Below, piece after piece: positions 35,572-51,206 of a stretch of 64,000 bases of DNA. Both the position numbers and the translations under genes were made by a program. Source of the DNA: Hyaloraphidium curvatum SAG 235-1 (lineage: Eukaryota > Fungi > Monoblepharomycota); assembly GCA_025558095.1 (NCBI GenBank), contig JAIVFI010000032.1:186001-250000 (forward strand), in the 5' to 3' direction. Every line of letters starts with the position of its first letter. Position 1 is the stretch's first letter. The notes under the pieces were generated by a model. That model searched no databases and was not told the origin of the DNA. It saw nothing but the letters and a program-made list of their open reading frames with translations.

Positions 35572-37445
35572 ATGAGCAGGCACGTGCGCCGCGCTGCACG
35601 ACCCGCCGCGCTGACCCGCGCCCCGAACTCCGCGCGCCCCACGCGATTGCCCCGGACCCCGCGACCCCGACCAACCCCGACCCGCGGACCCCTCCCCGAC
35701 CCACAGGTTCGTGCGGCAGAGCAAGTTCCGCCATGTCTTCGGCCAGCAGGGCAAGCGGCCGGACCAGGTCTACGACAACATCAAGGTGTCGCGCTCGGCA
35801 TGGGACACGGACCTGGTCAAGGCAAACGTGCACTTCATCTCGGTCAACCTCGAGGTGCTCGCGCCGTGCTGCCGGCGTCCGCCCCGCTTGCTCACGCCAG
35901 GCTCCCGGCACGCTCCAGACCGGCGGCGGAGGCGCGTTCGCGGTCATCCCGCTGGGCCTGACCGGCAAGCTGCCGGATGGCTACCCCGTCGTCAACGGCC
36001 ACGCCGCCGCGGTGCTGGACACCGACTGGCACCCGTACAACGACTACATCGTGGCGTCGGGCTCGGAGGACACAAAAGCAATGGTCTGGAAGATCCCGGA
36101 GGGCGGGCTGACCCAGCTGCTGGACCAGCCCCTGCTCACGCTGTCGGGGTACGTCCGGCGCCGCCATCCCGCGTCACCGCGGCACTCATCGCGACCCGCA
36201 GGCACGGGAAAAAGGTTGGCCACGTGCTGTTCCACCCCACGGCGGAGAACGTGCTGGCGACGGCGGCGGCGGACCAGACCGTGAAGCTGTGGGACGTCAC
36301 CAAGGGGGAGGAGAAGGGCAGCTTCACCGGCTTCGGGGACAACATCCAGGGCATCTGCTGGAACTGGGACGGCAGCCAGATGGCGACGGTGTCGAAGGAC
36401 AAGACGATCCGCGTGTTTGATCCCCGGACGGGCAAAGCGACGGCGGTGGGCGGCCGTCAACTCTGTCTCCCGATCGCTCCCACTCACGGGCTTCACTACT
36501 TCAAGGAGGCACCATCGCACCAGGGCGTCAAGGCGTCGAGGGTGGTCTGGCTGGGGGACACGACAAAAGTCGTCACGACGGGTTTCTCGCGGAGCGCGGG
36601 GCGGCAGATGTTCGTCTGGGACACGGCGAACCTGAAGGAGCCGCTCAAGCAGGAGGACGTGGACAACAGCGCGGGCGTGCTGATTCCTCACTACGACCCG
36701 GACACGAAAGTGTTGTTTGTCGCCGGCAAGGTGCTCCGATTCCTCCTCGGTGCCGCTCCATTTGGCTAAAGGGCGCCCGTCCCTCCAGGGCGACGGCAAC
36801 ATCCGGATGTACGAGTGGGCGGACGACGAGGGGCAGCTGCACTTCCTTACGGGCGAGTGGTGGCCGGCGGGCCCTGTTTGTGGCTGCTGACTCGGTCGCC
36901 CCTCTAGAATTCAAGACCTCGGATCCCCTCCGGGGCATCGGCTTCCTCCCGAAGCGCGGCGTGAAGACAAACGAGTGCGAGGTCGACAGGGCTTTCAAGG
37001 CACACACGAACATGGTCGAGCCGATTTCGTTCATCGTGCCCCGGAAGGTGAGCGCTCTCGCCGCCGACTGGAACGGAAAAGACTGACGAGCTTGGGGCAG
37101 GCTGATACCTTCCAAGCCGACATTTTCCCAGACTGCATCGGCGACGAGGCGGCACTGACGGCGGACGAGTACTTTGCGGGGAAGAACGCGCCGCCCAAGC
37201 TGATCTCGCTCGCCGAGGGCTTCAAGCCCCAGGCGCCCAAGGAGTTCGTCGTCGCCGCGGCCGCCGCAGCGGAACACGCGCCGCCGCCGGCCGCGGGCGG
37301 GAGAACCATGTCGGAGAAGGAGTTCCAGGACGGGTACTACGCGCTGCTGAAGGAGAATGAGCAGCTGAAGGCGCGCATCCGGGACCTCGAGACGTCGAAC
37401 GCAAATCTGGTGGAGAAGAGCCTCTCTCAAATGAGCCTTAAATGA
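35572..37445 (+). CDS. CRN1: Coronin (type I, WD40 plus C-terminal coiled coil)
   Basis: MSR|FVRQSKFRHVFG, GGGAFAVIPL, GHAAAVLDTDWHPYND, KGDGNIRMYE, EPISFIVPRK, FQADIFPD. Confidence 0.96.
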
Positions 37446-37507
37446 GTCAATTATACCCGTTATCTCTGGCAACCTTGGCCGGGACATCATTCTGAGCTGC
37501 TCGTCTA

Positions 37508-38488
37508 CTACTCCTTTTTGCTGAGGTACGAGTGCAAGGAGCTCTTGCCGAGGCTCTTCCGCGACAGGCCCACTCGCATGGCTGGCTGGGTGGGAAGCTT
37601 CGGCGGTCCGGACTTTGGCACGAGCTTTCCCGTCAGAGGCACCGCCTTGACACCCACGGCAACCGGTGGGGCGACGTCGATGAGGGCTTTCGATCGCTTC
37701 GGAGCCGCCGAGTCCGCGGAAGAGGCGCCCGGGTCCGCAGCCGGCGCCAGCGACTGCTTCGCAGACTGCGGCGCTGCGCTTCCTCCTTTGCCCGCTCCGC
37801 CCTTCCCGGCCTTGGTGGTGCTCGACTTTGCCTTGGGCGCCGCCTTTGGCTTCCCGCCTCCGGGTGTGGATGCGGATGCGGATGCCGATGCGGTATTGCC
37901 GTCCGTCGCTCCGCCTTCCACGTCCTTAGGGTTTGACGCCTTCCGCGCGGGGCTGACGTTCTCTGCTTCGTTGTCCGTCTTGCGCACGGCGGCCGAGCTC
38001 GGTTCGGCGGTGGCCTTCTCTCGGGAGCCGCTGGAATCCTTGTTCGCACCGCGGTCCTGCTTCCCCGCTGCAGGCACCTTGGCCGGCGTCTTCTTTTTGG
38101 GCTTCGGGCTGACCTCTGACTCCGAGGTTGACAACGAGCTCGACGAGTCCGAGCTTTCCGAATCGCTCGACACGACGGCGCGCTTCCTCTTCTGGGCTGC
38201 TCCGACGTCCACGCTCGACTCGCGGCTCTTCGGCTTCCCGGGCGCTGCCGACGCGGGCTTTGCCGCAGACTTCTTCGCAAACGCGGGCGTGGAAGCGGCG
38301 GCAGGGGCAGAGACCAAGTCCTCGGCGAGATCTGACGACAGGACCACGGGGGCAGCCGGTGCAGCAGGTCGCGGGGCGGGAGTTCCGGTGCGCTTCGCGG
38401 CCCCGGGATCGCGTGTCGGCACGTCCAGTTCCGTTTTCTCCGTGTAGTCGACCGGTTTGGTCTTTGCAGCACGCCCGGGTCGCGACAT
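37508..38488 (-). CDS. RAD51AP1/NUCKS1-like Lys/Ser/Ala-rich disordered protein
   Basis: N-terminus MSRPGRAAKTKPVDY (cf. NUCKS1 MSRPVRNRKVVDY) and C-terminal MRVGLSRK...LH (cf. RAD51AP1 LRLGLSR...PLH). Confidence 0.6.
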   Translation of the reverse strand: MSRPGRAAKTKPVDYTEKTELDVPTRDPGAAKRTGTPAPRPAAPAAPVVLSSDLAEDLVSAPAAASTPAFAKKSAAKPASAAPGKPKSRESSVDVGAAQKRKRAVVSSDSESSDSSSSLSTSESEVSPKPKKKTPAKVPAAGKQDRGANKDSSGSREKATAEPSSAAVRKTDNEAENVSPARKASNPKDVEGGATDGNTASASASASTPGGGKPKAAPKAKSSTTKAGKGGAGKGGSAAPQSAKQSLAPAADPGASSADSAAPKRSKALIDVAPPVAVGVKAVPLTGKLVPKSGPPKLPTQPAMRVGLSRKSLGKSSLHSYLSKKE

Positions 38489-38601
38489 CTTCGGAGATCT
38501 TCGACGTGAACCGCGTCGAGGTGATGGGGCCCGGCGTCCCCTTCCACTTCACCCTCGCGCCAATAGCGACTGCCCCGCGAGGGCGGGGCGCAGGCGGCGC
38601 G

Positions 38602-41600
38602 ATGGAGCTCCGGGAAGTGTCCCACAACGGATACACTTTCAGGATAGATGGTGAGGCTCGTCCCGGTCCGCCCTCCACCGACTGAGGCCCCGCCAGACAC
38701 GGTGTACCTCCAACCCGAGTCCGATGGGGGCGTGGACGAGGCGTACTTCATGGGCCGCATCCTCAAGTTCGCCGTGGACGACAAAGGACACCACACGTGC
38801 CTCGTGGGATGGTTCTACCGCACCCGGGACATTAGCATGCGCCGGAGGGGAGACTCGCGGATGCTCGTGGCCACCATGCACTCGGACTGGAACCCCATAG
38901 AGAGCATCCGGGGCAAGTGCACGATACGACACAGGCAGCACATCGATGATCTGGAGGCCTACAAGATGCAGGAGTGGGTTTCGACCTTCTGTCGATTCAC
39001 CCGTCCCGCTCACGGGGTCGGCCCTTTCCCTTCAGCGACTGTTTCTACTACGAGCAGCTGTACGATCGGTTCACTCAGCGCTTCTACGACGTGGTCCCGA
39101 TGGAGAGCGTCCGGACCCTGCCGCCGGACACGATGGAGTCGCTAAAGGCGTTCGACTTCATCGTCACGGACGCGGGCAAGGGCACGGATTTCACGAGCAT
39201 GGAGGTGTGCACGACGTGCTCGGCGGGTGCTGTTCCGACGGACTCTGTGCAATGCGTGGATTGCGCCCGGGTGTACCACATGAGGTGCCTCGATCCGCCG
39301 TTGCTCCGGAAACCGGGCAAAGGGTTCGCATGGACTTGCGTTCAGTGCCTGCAGAAGAAGCAGATCCTTTACTCGAACAACGGGACTGCGTCGTCCGGGG
39401 AGGTTGCGGATCAGATCCCGCGGCCTGCCAAGGAGAAGCCGTCGTTCTCCCGGGGCCAGAAGAAGGCCACACCCGCGACGAGGGCGCCGATCGACAAGAA
39501 CCGGCGGCGACCATTGTGGCCCTTTCGCTACGTGGGCGATTACGCGCGATTTCGGGAAGTCCTTAGTGGGTTACCCTTTTGCTTGCCTTGCGAAGGACCA
39601 TCCCTGACCTAAGTTTGAAGGCGATGCGGACGATGACACCATCATCTATCCTCGCGCTGCATCGCGGATTGGGAAGAAGTACCAGGCCGATCTTCCGGAG
39701 TTCGGCGCCGGCGAGCCGGTGACGGCCCCCGTTCTGGAGGAGGTGACCATGCCGCAGGCACCTCTCGTAGAGGAGGGCGCCGAAGCTGCACCTGGGGAAG
39801 CTCCCGATGCGGAGGATGATGCGCCAGCGAGCGGGAGGGTGAGCCCCCCGAATGCTGCGCAAGGGGGAGAGTACCGCGCTCGGGGCCGGATTCCGCTTTG
39901 GCGGAAGCGCCTCATCATGCAGCAGGAAGCGAAGGAATCGCCCATCGAAGGGTCCGATATCCGCCAGGATCTTTCCGAAGAGCTTGCGTTCTCCCTTCCG
40001 GAAGATGCGCGCGAAGAAGACTGTGAGTTCCAGTGCGCGAGAAGCATCGCCGTTCACCGACGCTTCTGTGCAGTTGATCGTTTCTTTGACGAGTGTCTGC
40101 AAAATCTCCCCGGGCCGAACCGGGTGGACTTTCTGGATCGGAGTCTCCTGGAGCTGCATCGGACGGGATATGACCTGGAGGAGGCCGCCGTTGCTGCCAA
40201 GTCTCTGACGCCGGGAGACGTGGATCTGGCCGAATGGACGCCGGAGGAAGTCCAATTGTTTGAAGACGGTGTGGCACGCTTAGGTCATGACCTCTTCGGC
40301 ATTTCCAAAGAGGTATCGCGTTCGGTGTGGCCCTTCCGAACCAAGCTTAAATGTTGCTTTGTTCCAGCTGTCCTCGAAGCGCCGCCGCGACATTGTTCAG
40401 TTCTTCTACCTTTGGAAGAAGACACCGCGCTACATCCCCGTCTACTCGATGTACTGCCGGAAGCATCGTCCAAAGTGGGGAACTTGCGTCGTGCGGACGT
40501 CGAGCATGGCTGACGAATCCGCAACAGCAAGCGCTTCAAAAAGACGACGGAGGAGGCCGAGCCTGCGGATGTCGTCATGAAGGATGCGGACGATCAGGCT
40601 GCGCAGACCGAGCAGTACTGCACGAACTGCTGGACGACAACCCCGCCCATCTTGTTGGCGAGCATTCGCGGGCAGGACAAGACGACGATCTGCAAGCGAT
40701 GTTTGGAGTACTGGCTCCGATACGCCGTCAACAGGCACGTCAGCGACGGTACGAAGCGCTCGAACCGCGACGATTCCGGTCGAGATGCACCCCAGGGCGG
40801 CAGCGGTCAGGGCAAACGCGGCGGACGGAAGGCAAACAAGGTGCGTTCTGACCTGTCTTCTCGCCAGCTCGGTTTCGACGGGGTTCTGCGCAGGGATCCA
40901 AGTCGGAAGAGCAAAAGAACCGCGTACCGTGCGGCATTTGCAGCACTCTCCAAAGCTACTCCAATTCCCCCATGTTCACCTGCGCTCAGTGCGCTCTTCG
41001 CGTCCACGAAGGTGATGAAATGCGCTCCGCAACCCGTGTTCAGGTACCTGATCCAAGCCACAGAATGCTACGGAGCCGAGCCTCCGGACGAGGACTCTCC
41101 CTGGTTCTGTGCGAGGTGCAAGTTCTCGCGCGAGAATACGGACACGGTGGTGCGGACTCGTTTGGCGAGGAACGGCTTCGAGGTTCTCACACGTTTTGAA
41201 GCCCTCGGCCTGCGTGCTGTGCCGCAACCCCACGGACAAAACGCCCGAGGCTTACAAGAGGACAATTGGCGGTTCCTGGGTGCATGTGCTCTGCAGCCTT
41301 TGGATCCCGGAGGTCAAGTTCGCGGACGTCGCCAACCTGGAGCTTGTCGACATCGCCACCGTCGACAGGAAGAAATGGGCTGCCGTAAGCGTTTCGTACG
41401 TCCTTGTGCGCTTGTTGCTTAAGCCCGCTGCCTACCCAGCCGTGCGGTCTGTGCTCGCAAGATAGGGGGGCGTGCTTGACCTGCAGCTACAAGAGCTGTT
41501 CAAAAACTTTCCACGTGTCGTGCGCGAAACGCGGGGGCCTCGCGCTGCAAGTCGAGGAAGGCAAGGCAGGGAAGCTGAACGCCACGCTCTACTGTCAAGA

Positions 41601-41994
41601 GCACAAATCGGTGGGTCGCCTGCGAGTCCGGGACGACTGCGTGGAGGCTCACTGCGTGTGCCAGTTCGCTTCGGAAAGCCACACGCCCAAATCGGAGCTG
41701 GTCTCCATGTTCGTGGAACAGTACAAGGGCCTGCCGCGGCAATTCTCGGACTACCGCGGGGCCGCATTGCGTTCCCGAACGATGGGTATTATGGACCGCT
41801 GCGAGTGCCACTTTGGGCAGGCTGCCGTCGTGCCGTCCGCACCGGCCGGTGGGCCCAAGAAGGGCGCCGGCCGGGGCGGCCCTGGAAAGCATGCCCATGC
41901 TCCGCAGGTGGAGAAACCTGTGGAGCCCGCGAAGCCCGTGGGGTGCTCCACGATACAGGCTCTTCGCGAGGCTTTTGACATTGAAATGCAGTGA
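38602..41994 (+). CDS. SNT2: SNT2-like chromatin protein (BAH-PHD-ELM2-SANT-Zn finger-PHD-ePHD)
   Basis: BAH (WFYRTRDI, RMLVATMHSD, IRGKCTIRH), PHD (YHMRCLDPPLLRKP), IYPRAASRIGKKYQA, SANT (WTPEEVQLFE...FYLWKK), WVHVLCSLWIPEVKF, FHVSCA. Confidence 0.9.
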
Positions 41995-42036
41995 CGCTGT
42001 ACAGCACGCTGTACAGATTCTGTGTCTCTAGATTGA

Positions 42037-45000
42037 TCATCGCGATAAACTCGGCCCAAACCGTTGGCCGTGCCGTAACTGCCGGAGCAGCGCGCCTTCA
42101 CCAGCGAACAGATCTTCCCCCAGCAGGCGTTGGGAGACGTCGATGAGGCTTTGCTCGTACGTGTACATCGACATGAAGGCGCGCAGGATGTCCCTGTATT
42201 CTCCGATGGATGCGTCCGAGTGTTCGCGCACGATCTTCTCCAGGACCAGGGGGAGCGACACGTGTCCCAGCATTCCGTTGAGAGCCTGCACGAGCAATGT
42301 CCGGAAAAAGGAGTGAAGATCGGGTGCGTCGCCATCCGAGCCCGGGGGATCCGAGCCCGGAAGGAGTGCGAAGGCCCGTCGCTGCCTCATGAGCAGCTCC
42401 AGGACGCCGAACCACATTGTTTGCCTGTCGCTCGAAGACAAGTGCTCGCTCGACCGTTGGCAGACGCCGAGTGCCGCTTCGAGGTGCGAAACGATCTCAC
42501 CGAACAGCTTATCGAGGCGATTCCTCGCAAGCTCGAGCTCGCTGTTGCCATAGATTTCGGCGACTGCAAGCGAATCCTCATACGCGCCCTTGCCCTTGGT
42601 CAGTTGCCGGATCGAAACGAAAGCCGCGAAGCACTGCCGGAAAGCACCGTCGATTGCGTCCAGGATCAACCTCAGCGCCCCAAACATGTCGCCGCCGGCT
42701 TCGAGGAGATAGGAGGCCGCCAGAACATTGTCGCTGGACTGGCAAGACTTCAACACCTTGATGCCATTAAAAGCCGTCAGGTTAGAACACAGGCATGTGC
42801 GGCTTCCCAGCACCCACCGATACGAGCGAAAAGGGTCGCTGACCGTGCACAGCGTTGACGTCACGCAAGTAGCGCAGAACGGACGACGGATCGAACCGAC
42901 ACATCAGATCGATGTATCCTTCGAAAAGCGCCGCGTGCAGTGCCCGTCCACCTCGCTGGCCGTAGGTTGGGGCGTCCAAAATCGCTTTCAAGTACTCAAA
43001 GCGTACCGCCTCATCCTCCAACTGTGGCACCACCGCTGAATGGGAGCTGGGGTCCACCAAGTCCAACAGCTCGGCGGTCCTACGGGGATCATCGCGCGCA
43101 AGCTGGGGTGCATGCGAAACAACCCGGCCCAGCAACTGACTCGACTGGGCAGCACTCTTGCGAGCATCGCCCAGCAATGTTCTGATGCTCCGAAAGGCTT
43201 CATCGCGGCGCAACGGATCCAAAGCGTAGCAATCCACTACGCGATCGAGGCGCCCCCATTCCCGTGCGAGCGCTTCCGCGGCGCGGTAGAATCCCGCGCT
43301 CTGAAACATATCCATGTTCGCCTCGAAACTCCGCTCGTCACGTCCGAGCCAGCGCTGGCTTCTTGCCACGGTGTGAAGCTGCCAGTCCACCACCTCCCTT
43401 GCGCATGACTCGCGCAATTCGAAAGTCGCTTGGTCGGAGGATGTGCATGCCAAACGGAGCAGCAGGTTGACTGTGTGATCGTCGTATGAAACGAACGTTG
43501 AATACTTGCGGATAGCACGCAAAGTGAAACAGACAAAGTGCATTCTGTGCGCTTCGGCGAAGACGTTGCGTTGCGGTTCGGGAACAGATGCCCAATTCTG
43601 GGGTTCCTCGACGGAACCCTCTGCGTGTTCAGGCAACAAAAGGTGGAACAAGGTGTCCAAGACGGTTTGTCTGGTGATTTCGATGCCGTAGCCATACGCT
43701 ATGGCGTCCTGGCCTCGAGAGCCTCCATCATTGAACGGTTGCACCCAAAGCTCCCCGGACAGACTGGTGTCCTCGAAAACGGAACCGAGCATGGAAAAAA
43801 ACGCCGTCCCGTCGTACGTCAAGGCCAACGCGAGGTAGGGAAACGGTTCCTTGCCCAGTCGGACGCTCCGATCCACGCCGAGAAGAGGCCCTTGGACGTG
43901 CACCGGGGGCCAAACTATGAAATGGGGCGACAGAAGCAGGTTCCAACAATCTTGCTTGGCTGACAGAGCAGAAGCGCCCTGATCCAGCCCGCGCGGGAAG
44001 CTCTTCCCTGTCAGTATGTAGGTGAGATACACGTAGAGGAGGTAGCACTCCTCTTCGGATGCTTCGTCCGTCGTCCCGAGCGCGACTCCGTCACGGCCGG
44101 TTTGCTCGGAAGTATGCATCTCGTCTGTTCGGGTTTGCACGAGCCGGAATAGCTCGATCAAGGGGGTGATGTAGTCGCCCAGTTGGCGGTTGTACACGTG
44201 CGCAAATGCGCGCCATAACCGTCTGGCGCGGCAAACGACCACGACCTGATCCACGTTCACCAGGCCAGTGTCCAGATGAAGAAGATCGTCCTCCAGATGC
44301 GCAAACAAGCCTCGCGAAATGCGGCTTTTAGTCAAGGCGTCCAGGAAAGACGGCTCGATCGCCACGCCGGCAAGCGCGTCCTCGAGAATGGCGGGATGCA
44401 AAACGTCGAAGTAAGCGTCCCTCAAGCCCCTCTCGGAAAAGATATCAAAGAACTCAGCAACGAGGGCATCCTGGCGCCCCAGCTGGACGCAGGATTCGAT
44501 CGCGATGCGCGCGCAATCGTGGATTCGGTCCTCCAAGTTGTCAGAGTCGTCGCCGCGGGCTGCTAAAACGGATGTCAGCCGCACTGACTAAAGGTCTCGG
44601 GCACTGAACGCCCCACTGTTGCTTGCATCAAGCTGTCGACGAACAAAAGTAGCCAACCTCTCGACCGCGAAACTCTGAACCGCGGAAGCAGAGAACGCCT
44701 TGTCTCCCGCGAACACAGCGGCGGATTGAGGGTTGTCTAGCAACTGCCGTGCGAAAGCGAGCGCATCGGTCCACCGATTTTCTGCTAGCAGGCGATCGAT
44801 GCGGGTGTGCCATGGCACACATCCTCCCAGAAGAAGGCCGCCTGCTGCCTGCGGGATAAGGTCAGTCAAGGGGGCGGGAAGGCGAAACGTCGCATAAGCG
44901 CAATACCAGGGCCAGAATCTTTGCACCCAAAACCGCGATGGTGTGATTGTAGGCCACGACTTGGCTTGCGCCCAACGCGGCTAGCGCAGTGCCAAATGAG

Positions 45001-47035
45001 TTGTGGAAAACAATATTCATGGCCGCGACGCTTTCGCCGCCAATTCTGGAAAGGGATGGAACCGCGAAAAGAGCGAGTGTTTCTGATGCGTCCATGACGA
45101 GAAGATGCTGGCGTCGGCCCATGTCAACGAAGGTCCCCAAATCTCAACCAAAAGAGGACGCACTTCATGTCCTACAAACCACAGGCCGACGACCGGGTCT
45201 GCGACCTGAACAGATTGCTCTACTGTCGTCTGAAAGCCGAACTTGGGCTCCTGCGCCCGTCTTCCGGATCCTGATCCGGTCATGCGCGCAAGCTCGATCT
45301 TGAGGAGATAGAGCTGCCTCCCGCGAGAGCAGGCCAAGAAACGGAACCCAGGCGAAGCTGTTCCTCGCAGTGGTCCACTTGCAACAGGAGACCAGACCGC
45401 ACAGGAGAAAGTGCCGCGATCCCCGTCGTCGATCGAAAGCAACGGCGTCGTCGTGGCGGACGAATCATAACTGCGAGTGGCATCTTTAGTCCAGACAAGC
45501 TTGTACTGCACAGTCACTTCCGGCCGCAACGTCATAATCGCAAGCTGTTGAACTTGATTAGCAAACGGCTATGTAGATATTCAGGCGGCTTACCTTGTAA
45601 GGAGTCGAGAAAGCCACGAGATCCCAGTCGTGGTCGTCGCTTTTCTCCGTTGCGCAGACCGAGAGCGCGAATATGGACGTAACAACCGGCGGCCTACTGC
45701 CATCCGGCAGGCGTCCGTGAATCCTCGATCGCTTGTCCCCAATAAGCAGCGGTACCCGCGAAAGGGAGTGGACGATGATCACACCCTTCGTCGAGGACAT
45801 GTCAGCCAACGCAATCGAGAGCCCGCGCTGGGACTCGCCTCGTCGTCCGCACTGATCAGCTCCGAAGTGCTCTCCAGAAAAGACACGTGAACCAAAGCAG
45901 ATCCGGGGCTGTGCATCGGCGATGAGGCCGATTGCTTCTTGGTGGGTTGAACATCTCGCATCACGCGTCCAGCCGGGAGCTCCCAGACCACAAGCGAGGC
46001 ATCACCATAGCCCGCCACGACTGCTTTGCCGTCCTGAGATACTGCAACGCAGCTGACGGCCCCGCGGCGCAACGCTGGTGAAGAGTCAGCTTCGAAATGG
46101 CCTGACGCAGGTTACTCACGGGTCTCGGGGGGTTGCAGAGCGACTCGAAACCGTCCGGAAAGGTCGAAACATGAAACAAGGCCCCTCGAGGATCCTACCG
46201 CAATCCAGTCGCTGCTCACCTGCCAAGTTCCAACACCATATCAGAAGCGGCGAGACTATGCGCTCAAGAGACGCACCCGGAGCACCGTCGGGCTTCCGAA
46301 AGTAGCCTTTCCCTGCGGCGAAAAAAGCACATCGTTGATTGCCGCAGGTTTGCCCCACTGCCACTGATCGAAAGGGACTCTTAGCACCGCGTCCTGGACG
46401 ACAAACCGGCACAAACGTACGAGGGAGTGGGATCCAGATTCTCTCCAGGGTCCCCCTCGCACTCTGAAGGAGCTGTTCGGAGTTGGAGACGGTGTAGCTC
46501 GCCGCCTATCCTCCGTGCTGGTCCTGGATCTCCGTGAAACCGTGGATGCGTTGTCCTGAAGTGCGATCAGCAGCCCTTCCAAGCAGCGCGCTACGCAGTG
46601 ACCAACCTCGACCTCTCCTAGATCCAGGAGCTCGGAGATTGGAGAAACGTCCACGTCGTTCCTCAGAATGTAATCGGCGGTCAGGTGGTGGTCTGCCGCG
46701 ATTCGGAATCAACGCCGTTCCGTCTGAGCCTGCCAAGGAGCCCAACCGTTTGCCAGCTGAAGTTGTTCATAGACTGCGGCCTCCCGCACGCAAAGATCCA
46801 GCAATTCCCGGGCGCGGTTGACCTTCCTCTCCCCAAGGGCCTTTGGAGTGAAGAGATCGTCCTCGACGAGGACCAGGAGGGCTTCCCGAACGCGGTCCAG
46901 CTGGGCAAGAGCTTCGACAATGCCCCCGCTGTCCACGAAAGGCAAATCATTCTCCTGAATAGCCGCCTCCTTGTACTGGCGCTCCAGGCTCGACAGGCGC
47001 TGGACCAGCTCGTCTGGCAACGCTCCACCGGTCAT
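42037..47035 (-). CDS. VPS8: CORVET subunit Vps8, multi-exon
   Basis: N-terminal WD region (VSCVAVSQDGKAVVAGYGDAS); LWRAFAHVYNRQLGDYITPLIEL, LYVYLTYILTG, FPYL, YIDLMCRFDP, MYTYEQSL...LLGEDLF...RHG. Confidence 0.85.
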
Positions 47036-47242
47036 CCCTCGGCCGCGGAAGCGATGTGGAGCAAGGACCTATGCGCCTCTTCTCATCCCATGCTTCCATT
47101 GGCCTTGTCCAAAGCTACATTCCTTGCTTCGGGACTCTGTGGGTTCTTTGTGCGCACGCGTGTGCGCGCGTCTGACGCGTTCACGCCGCACCTCCAACGC
47201 ATCACGCCCCTCCTCGCCGCATAATCCAGTGAGGCCGCCGCC

Positions 47243-51024
<3,782 letters not shown>

Positions 51025-51206
51025 GGCCTCGCCGCCGCTGTGGGAGAAGGGGTGTTCAGGGAGGTGGCGTCAATGGCCCGGTCGATCTCTCTAGGCCCCA
51101 CCGATCAACTGATCGGTTGCCCTAGCGCTGCGCAGTCATCGAGAGGACACGCAAAAGCGAAAGATGCCATTCATCAGCGATGATCAAACAATCAGAGGGT
51201 ATACTG

